A stretch of 64,000 bases of DNA from Octopus vulgaris (Eukaryota), in NCBI GenBank assembly GCA_951406725.2, contig OX597816.1, positions 12,462,001-12,526,000 of the forward strand, written 5' to 3'. Made by a program: the position numbers and the translations under genes. Of the stretch, positions 55,985-64,000 are shown in pieces. The notes under the pieces are model-generated. The model did not search any database and had not been told where the DNA came from. It saw only the letters and a list, made by a program, of their open reading frames with translations. The stretch's first letter is position 1; the number at the start of each line of letters is the position of its first letter.

Positions 55985-56285
55985 TGTGTTACCTAGTAAA
56001 TATACAAGCAATCCAAGATATAGGGCCAAACATGACCTTAATGTAATGATCATAGCAAGAAATTTCGTTAAACCAAAGTTATTTGTGACCTTCACCCATA
56101 ATAATCCAAAAGTGGCCAGAAAGAGAAAACGAGAGCTTGCTGTTGGACAGACGTGTGTATATTGTTATTAGAAGGTCAAATATCAACAATTATGAACACA
56201 GATGTAAGCGTAGACTGATATAGACATAAAGATTATTTCTTATGCTAATGCTATTAAATTTCGAAATAGAGGACTAGGACCACAG
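55985..56285 (+). pseudogene. Helitron Rep domain remnant
   Basis: LPSKYTSNPRY...KPKLFVTFTHNNP and IKFRNRGLGP, compare LPSSFTGGPRY, GKPDLFITFTCNP and IEFQKRGLPH. Confidence 0.75.
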
Positions 56286-56686
56286 GACTAGCAATTATTG
56301 TCGATAATGGAGAATAATGGCAATAATTGCCAAGCGATAAATTTATTAACTCTAAACCGCCAAATCTCAGTAATCCACAAATATTGAATTCTAAGATGGA
56401 ATAAATTAAATACGTTTTAGTGAAGAAATATGTGACGTCTGGAGCCCGCTGTGCAGATATTATGAATTCTTTCTGCAGGAAGGTGGGCTGCGTAGCGAAA
56501 AGGGTCTGTGAGAATAGGAGAAACGAGAAACACTGACAGCAAAGGCTGGAGTAGACAGTTGCTGCATCGTTTCATATAAGAAACTAATGTTGAACAGTGT
56601 AGCTCCATTAAGTAAAATTTCTGTGAATATATACATATATATGTATGCATACATGTATACATATATACACAGACATACACACACAT

Positions 56687-56728
<42 letters not shown>

Positions 56729-56757
56729 AAATAAGCAACAAGGATATCCAAGGTAGA

Positions 56758-56843
56758 GTAGTACAATTGTTTCATGCTACTTCATTTTATCAAACCCTGT
56801 AAGTATTACATCAGTTTTAAAATGTCGAGCAATCTTCAGCTAC
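56758..56843 (-). ncRNA. Hammerhead-like motif with a ~50-nt stem II loop
   Basis: GTAG-CTGAAGA-tTGCT...AGCAt-GAAA-CAATTG-TA-CTAC; about 30 bp from (TA)n. Confidence 0.68.
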
Positions 56844-57747
56844 ATATAGAATTTTTCAATTAAACGGACAATGCACATTCCCCATCAGACGGGGAATGAA
56901 CACACTACTATCATGTTCTTGAAAAGGAATTAAGTATTGGGTTAGAATCCTCCAACTAAAAAATTCTTCACGGCGGTGCCCTAGCATAACCTCAGTCTAA
57001 AGACTAAAACAAGTAAAAGACACACACATATATATTCGGAGTTTTCTTTCCTCAGACGAGTTCCAGATTATCTTTGCAATTTCGGCTGGTTATACTCAAG
57101 TTTGCTCCAATCTGGAAAAACCAGGCTAAGAGCACTAGATTCCTTGAAAGACAGCAACGAATGCATACGAAAACAAGGACGAACAAAAACAGGTGGTAAA
57201 ATGGAGAAATGGTACACAAATACAAATGCAAATAACACGACATTAACAACAGGTGTCTTTCGAATTAAATTAAGCTGGCGTGTGTGGAAGGGAAACCTTA
57301 CCGCAGGGACGCAGATGTAAGCGTAGACTGATATAGACATAAAGACTACATTATTTCAATTGTCCTCCCATTATAAAAGAAGTATGGTGGGAGACATAGT
57401 TTTTATTCGTAGAAGAACAAGCCTTCTGAGGCTCGCACTTAGAGTGATTATTGAAGATTGTAGCAGTCATATGACATCTCCGAGAGACACTTCATTCTGA
57501 ATTGCTGATTTTTAAAAAAATACGTAGCATATACTGCTATAACCTAATTTTTATGCTTTAAGAAGATTCGATCGATTTCTTTTTTAGTATTCCAAAGACG
57601 TTCGTCATCAGACAGGTGTAATAATATCTCATCAGCAAATCTATTGAAGTCTTTTATACAATTCCAATTTATAACACGACGAATTAATTATAGAGCTGCC
57701 ATGCATCTATATATATATATGTGTGTGTGTGTATGTATACATTTGTG

Positions 57748-57795
<48 letters not shown>

Positions 57796-57826
57796 TATAT
57801 ATATATATGTATATATATATATTTAT

Positions 57827-57863
<37 letters not shown>

Positions 57864-57902
57864 AACGCACACACACACACATATACATTAAATATATAGA
57901 CG

Positions 57903-58190
57903 TGAAGTGCAATGGCCCAGTGGTTAGGGCAGTGGACTCGTAGTCATAGGATCGCGCTTTTGATTCCCAGACTGGGCGTTGTGAGTATTTATTGAGCGAA
58001 AACAAAGGGGTGGAGGCTAACCCTGCTGCACGTTTTCACCACACCTTTCTCTCACCCTTTCTTCCTGTTTCTCTTGTTAGACTTGTCATACTCTGTGTCA
58101 CGCCGAATCTCCCCGAGAACTACGTTAAGGGTACACGTGTTTGTGAAATGATCAACCGCTTGCACGTTAATTTCATGAGTAGGCTGGTTT
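57903..58190 (+). mobile_element. SINE family 3, internally deleted
   Basis: Homology to the 7323 copy. Confidence 0.82.
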
Positions 58191-58254
58191 ATCCGGTATT
58201 TCCTAGAGGAATTTGTTCAGGAACTGTTTGAAAGTTATGGGGTATATTTCTACT

Positions 58255-58310
<56 letters not shown>

Positions 58311-58314
<4 letters not shown>

Positions 58315-59033
58315 CAATTAAGGATAAAATCTTAATAAGAAATCTTAACAAGAAATTATCAGGTAGTTAGCGTGAAAAACCTCATAAGAGAAAAAATCTG
58401 AAAATGTTTTCACTTGAAAATATTTATTTATATTATATAGAGGGCATTATTACACATAAATGCCACACGCTAGGAGGGACTTTCAAAGTCATTACTACCA
58501 AAAATAAACGAATCGTACCGAATGTAGCTCTCGAAACAAGACATTTAAAAACAGAATTTAGTTCCAGATCACCTGCGATTTCGCAATTAACGTATTATCT
58601 ACGTCCTTTGTTCACCAATGAAACATATTCAAAACATATCAAGAATGAACAAAACCAACATACCCGGCAGAACCAAACAGATAACCGTCGCCTCCATCGT
58701 AGCAAATGGAAATGTTCATTCGTCATATATCTATGTAAATGGCGGGCTTTTTCGAACTGCATTTCGGTGAAAAAACGTGTTTCTTCGGAACAAATTTAAC
58801 AATTAAGTATAAAATCTTAATAAGAAATCTTAACAAGAAATTATCAGGTAATTAGCCTGAAAAACCTCATAAGAGAAAAAATCTGAAAATATTTATTTAT
58901 ATTATATACTGGGCATTATTACACATAAATGCCACACGCTCGGAGGGACCTTCAAAGTCATTACTACCAAAAATAAACGAATCGTACCGAATGCAGCTCT
59001 CGAAGCATTATGTGTAATAATGCCCTCTATATA

Positions 59034-59040
<7 letters not shown>
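58311..59040 (-). mobile_element. Penelope-like pseudo-LTR with direct and inverted partial copies
   Basis: 58312-58536 is repeated at 58799-59004; 59008-59038 is an inverted copy of ~58430-58459; degraded hammerhead at 58561-58624 (GTTTCA-TTGGTGA...GAAA-TCGC-ag-GTGA-TC-TGGAAC); (TA)n at both ends. Confidence 0.75.
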
Positions 59041-59091
<51 letters not shown>

Positions 59092-59093
<2 letters not shown>

Positions 59094-59277
59094 TTGGTAG
59101 CCACTACACACATTTATATTCTCTCCTTCGTTTTTTCTGTGTCTCTCTCTCTGTAGAAGAGCGTAGGCTCGAAACGTAAAAGATTTTTTCAATTCCTGAG
59201 CGTTATACTAATACATCTGTTTGTTTTGTACACCACCTGTCTTCGTCTTTTGTTGTTTTTTGGGGGGAACTCTCCCA
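59092..59277 (+). mobile_element. Family A end with hammerhead-like motif (59146-59183)
   Basis: CTGTAGA-A-GAGCGTAGGCTC-GAAACGTA-AAAGA; ends at (TA)n; a 55-bp terminal stub also lies at 61755-61808. Confidence 0.78.
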
Positions 59278-59605
59278 TATATATATATATATATATATAA
59301 AGTGTACAATTCAATAGAAAATTTTACACTTGACATATTTTGAAATAACTTTATAAGTTCCAGTATATGCATTTTAAAAACTCCCTTATTAGCCAGAAAT
59401 CTGATTCCGTTGCATTTTGGGTGAATATGATTGTTTTTGGCCTTGGACCGATTCATATCCTGTGAGTGAAATTGTAATGTCGGAAACTGCATAGATGTTC
59501 ATCTTGTGGATTGTGTCTGGAAACCAAGAGTTACGAATAGGTGATGCATTGTGTCACTCTGATTCTGGCTGTGAAATACGTTAAAGGTACTTAAAATACG
59601 TTTAA

Positions 59606-59838
59606 GGCGGCGAGCTGGCAGAGACGTTAGCACGCCGGGCGAAATGCGTAGCCATATTTCGTCTGCCGTTACGTTCTGAGTTCAAATTCCGCCGAGGTCG
59701 ACTTTGTCTTTCATCCTTTCGGGGTCGATTAAATAAGTACCAGTTACGCACTGGGGTCGATGTAATCGACTTTATCCGTTTGTCTGTCCTTGTTTGTCCC
59801 CTCTGTGTTTAGCCCCTTGTGGGTAGTATAGAAATAGG
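59606..59838 (+). mobile_element. SINE family 2 monomer
   Basis: GGCGGCGAGCTGGCAG head, GAGTTCAAATTC B-box, GTCGAC..TTTCATCCTTTCGGGGTCGA core. Confidence 0.93.
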
Positions 59839-60832
59839 TACTCGTGTCTGTGGAATAGTCAGCCATTTCAATGTTAATTAAGGACCAGGTAACTATTTTG
59901 TTCAAACAACTGAATATGCAGATACAGTGTGCAGTTTCCTAAACGCACGGTCATTAACATAATTTTCTCAAGATTAAAGCTGAATAGCATTCATTTATTT
60001 CTGCTGTTAGAACAAATATCTTAAATTCCTTCATCTTGTTATGTTCGTGTTATTGTTTGCGTTGTATTTCTCGCTAACGATAGAACCGACTTACATTATT
60101 TCACTAGTAACGACAAGTTCATAGCCTCCAGGCACAACGTAATTGCAGGATAACATAAAATTGATAGAAAAGGAAAAATAATTATTTTTATTATATTGTT
60201 GGTTGTTTGTTAACAATTTTCTTTCTTTGATGTGTCCTCATTAGAATTACATTATGAAAATAAATCATATAGGAATTGAATTTATTTTTCATCTTCTATG
60301 AAGCTGTTATTTATTTCAAAATCTTTCATTATCTACTTTGATTTCAATTTTCAAGTCACGGAAATTTTCTTTCAAGACAATGCAGAAAATTTTCCCTAAT
60401 TCATAATTTCATAATTTCGATTCAATAATGATTTCACAGCCGAGTAATCATAATTTTTTTCTACTTCTCTGTAACTTGCCTACATTTTTACCTTCTTTTT
60501 CCTCTTGCAATCACTCTAACTTAATCAGTAATTTGAGATAGTAATTTGGCCATAATAAAAGACTTCCTCCTACTTGCGCTACCTATTCCCGACATATCAT
60601 TAAATATAAGGTTTTTCTTTTGTTCAATGCTAACAACTTTGAGTAAGTTACAACACTCTTACTTATTTTCATCCTTTGCTATAATATAATGTTTACATTT
60701 ATCAAACAGATCACTGTTCAGTTTTTTTTTTTATAAAATAATTAAACAAAGATACATTAGTCTGTTCCAATCTTTAAAATTTTCAGTGAATAGGTAGTTT
60801 TAGGCAAGTCTACCATATTTTAATATTTTCTA

Positions 60833-61211
60833 GGATCTTTTCGGTTTGAACGGCAGTTTTTAACATAATTTCTAGGTAGAATGTGTTTATAAAACATCTT
60901 TTTCTCTTGACTTTATTGAGAAAATTCTATAGTTTGTAAGATATTTGTTGTTTTTTTCTTCAATCTCAGCAATTTCAACCAATCACTGACACTATTGAGT
61001 TAAAAAACATTCTGTGCCGTATGAATATGTCCCACGTTTAAGAAACAGATTGGGTTTATTTACATTTGTGAAGAAAAAAATATACCCTTCCCCCTAACCC
61101 TAACCCTAAAAATAGATTGAAATGCAATAGATCGATTCTAGGGTCATAATTATGGGTGACAATTTCATATGACACCGCTAGAAAAAACTGCCGTTCAAAC
61201 CGAAAAGATCC
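60833..61211. mobile_element. MITE with GGATCTTT termini, 8-bp TSD and internal (CCCTAA)3 (Merlin-like)
   Basis: TIR GGATCTTTTCGGTTTGAACGGCAGTTTTT; TSD ATTTTCTA at 60825-60832 and 61212-61219. Confidence 0.92.
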
Positions 61212-61805
61212 ATTTTCTAGCCTCCGGAGAATAACATCTACGCAAATAAGAAAAAATATGTTATTTAAAATAGATTAGAATACAATATCACTGTGAAATA
61301 TATAACAATTATCTCAAAATTCTGTATATAAAATATTTATATCAATTTTTGCTGTAAAACTGTTTGGGAGATAATGTCTTCGGGGAAACGGCGGTTGTAT
61401 TTGAAATATGAGGTGTGTCAATCTTCGATAACCTTGTGTAAAATTTGCGGTTCTTATATTTTGCGTTGAATACATTTATTATTCCCCCTCAGGAAGTGTG
61501 AATTTAATAATAAATACGACAATAATAGAGTCATTGTCAAAAGTTGGTCATATAAGAAGACAACAAAAATTTAGATCCAAATAAAAAGCAAATATTAAAC
61601 GAGGACATTATCTGTTCCCCAAATCTTTCTGGCTATCTACCTGCCTGTCTGTGTGTCTGTCTATATGTGTATGTACATATATATACACACACACATATAT
61701 ATGTATGCATGTATGTATGTATGTATGAATGTATGTATATATATATATATATATACAGGGATAGTTTACGAAAAAACAAAAGACGAAGACAGGTGGTGTA
61801 CAAAG

Positions 61806-61863
<58 letters not shown>

Positions 61864-61865
<2 letters not shown>

Positions 61866-62033
61866 TTAATCCAAACAAGAAAACACAGAAAAAAAGAGAG
61901 AAAAAAAGGGAAAAAACACAGCAACGCAGGACGTGGAACAATTAAAGTATTATTGACGCTCAGGAAAGAAGGGAAGGAGGGTTTAACGTTTCGAGCGGAG
62001 CTCTTCGTCGGAAACAAGGAGAAGGAAAGATCC
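61864..62033 (-). mobile_element. Family B end with hammerhead-like motif (61981-62015)
   Basis: Nearly identical to the 49469 copy; abuts (TA)n. Confidence 0.78.
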
Positions 62034-63069
62034 CACACACACACAGCTATGTTGATGTAAAAAGGAAAACTAGTTTCACAAATGCTAACGCACGAAACCG
62101 TGAGTCATTATGTTACTTCTGTTAAATATGTATATATATATATATATATATATAAACTGTTAGACCACTGGTGTGAAATCGATGTTAATTAAATGAATAT
62201 CTAATTTCTCACCCTCATTTTAAATTACATATATATATATATGTATGTATGTATTTATGGCTTAGCAACTTCTGTCAAGCCGTCCAACCTATGCCAGTAT
62301 GAAAAAAAGACATTAAATGATGATTATGATGATGGGGGTGCTGGTGGTGGTGTATATGTGTATGTGCCTGTGCGCGCGTATATAAACATATATACACACA
62401 CACGAGAAGTAAACCCATAATGAGATTATTTCATCGATCCTAGAACACAGTTGACAAAAGTAGCCGAAAATTTATGTCTGCTTTTTATAAAAAGACTAAT
62501 ACTCTAAGCTTTAGAATAATAGCAGAACATTATGACAACATATCTACCTTTACAAAGAACTGAGATTATGCATATCCCACAGGATGTAAACTGCAGCATG
62601 CGAAAATTACATAACTTTTCATTGCTTGTAACATTATAGACTTGTTTGAAGCTATGTTCAATAGGCAACATATTAACTTTCGTGCACTTCAAAGCAATGT
62701 CACTACATAATCTTTATATTTTCAGAATATAGATCGATAAACAATTGGCATTAAAGTTTCTTTTTCTCTCTCTCTAAAGACCGACATAATAGAATATTCT
62801 AAATTTAGTTTGATCTAAGACTTCTTGATTGATTTACGTTGAAATTTCTTTCTGGTAAATTGATCTTCAATGAATTACTCAGTCGTTTCAAGAATATTTG
62901 AGACAAATTTCACAAGACATATTTCATAAAATTTAATCAATTTAGAGTCGTATAAGTTTGCATGAAATATTGTTTGATAGAGAAGAATCTCTAAAAAAAA
63001 GTCTGAAGCCAAAAAACATTGCAAGTTATAAGAAATAATACCAGTTGATGGTTTCTGCATTTACTTTGA

Positions 63070-63109
63070 ATCTCTATGTTTCGGGGTTAGGACCACTTCT
63101 TCAGGAAAT
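63070..63109 (-). ncRNA. Hammerhead-like motif, with an inverted degraded sister at 63434-63473 (+)
   Basis: ATTTC-CTGAAGA-a-GTGGTCCTAACCCC-GAAA-CA-TA-GAGAT. Confidence 0.6.
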
Positions 63110-63965
63110 ATTCAGGGAAATGGTGTTGTTAGCTGACTTATCTGTGCTCTAGTGTGAATACGAAGGGGTGCTGGAGAGTTCCTAGTTTTAAAAGTAACAC
63201 CAAAGGGCCTGGCTGGAGATCCAAACTTCTGGGTTCTTTTACAGGGCTTAGAAAACTGAAGGACCGCTGCAATAAGTTTATGAATCTGAGAGGAGAATAA
63301 TATGTTGGATAAAATCATAATTTACTGATTCTCTTGTATTTTGTTTACTCAAAGCCAGGAACTTTTCTACATCCCCACATAAATGAAAGTTGCCTTGTAT
63401 AAAAAATTAGCTCACAACACCCTTTTCCCGAAGATTTCCTGAAGAAGGGGTCCTAACCCTAAAATATTGAAATGCAGTGTAAAAAATGGACAAACTATCG
63501 ATTGTACAATTATAACATGTATTGCTTTAGCTTAAAAAATAACCACTAGGTTATGGATACATAAACATACCAACGTCTCTCTCTCTCTCCTTTTCACACA
63601 CACTCAAACACACACACATATACGACAGGCTTGTTTCAGTTTATTTTTTAAGTATTGTGTTTTAAGTATTGCATGCGATATATTAGTAATCCTTTCAGCA
63701 AAATAACAAATAATGAACAACAAAATTAACAGTTTCTTGTGTCGCTTCCCAAGAATTTGTCCATAAACTCACAGACTCCTACAACACTGAAAAAGAAACA
63801 AGTGTATCCGTCTGGTGATGCCGACAAATGTGCGTTTGTTGTTTCCGAGTTTCCTATTCCCAAAGTACTCAATCATCACTTTTTTAGAAAAATCTGTGAC
63901 AAGGTATAATGATCAAAAACACTATGCAATCAATAGATTCATAACTCCGGCTGTAGTATACTTCG

Positions 63966-64000
63966 TCAGGAGTGGCTGTGTAGTAAGTAGCTTGCTTACC
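63966..64000 (+). mobile_element. SINE family 1 head, cut by the window edge
   Basis: CAGGAGTGGCTGTGTAGTAAGTAGCTTGCTTACC. Confidence 0.8.

Noticed and set aside
57560-57618. CTGATGA...GAAATCGATCGA on the minus strand
   Set aside because: Stems I and II cannot form.

Overview
AT-rich, repeat-saturated animal genomic DNA (intergenic or deep intronic). The SINE families and the extreme (TA)n/(TACA)n/(TCTA)n/(GAA)n microsatellite load suggest a cephalopod, probably Octopus; this is inferred from recalled repeat families, not from a search. I found no intact host gene: almost all listed ORFs are translations of microsatellites or SINEs. Contents: (i) about 35 copies of three tRNA-derived SINE families; (ii) decayed coding fragments of Penelope-like elements (four RT/GIY-YIG remnants), CR1/L2-, RTE- and R4/Dong-type LINEs, and Chapaev3, Tc1/mariner, piggyBac and Helitron Rep proteins; (iii) non-autonomous Helitrons, a Helentron-type HINE and several MITEs, two of which have GGATCTTT termini, 8-bp TSDs and internal telomeric repeats. 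The main hidden signal is about 20 type I hammerhead-ribozyme-like motifs from roughly 10 unrelated short sequence families. Most sit 50-250 bp from an element end abutting a microsatellite, often in direct or inverted pseudo-LTR pairs, and several families have atypical catalytic cores. One appears linked to a tRNA-like Pol III head, making it a candidate Penelope-mobilised SINE. All structures were read by eye and none is experimentally or computationally validated.
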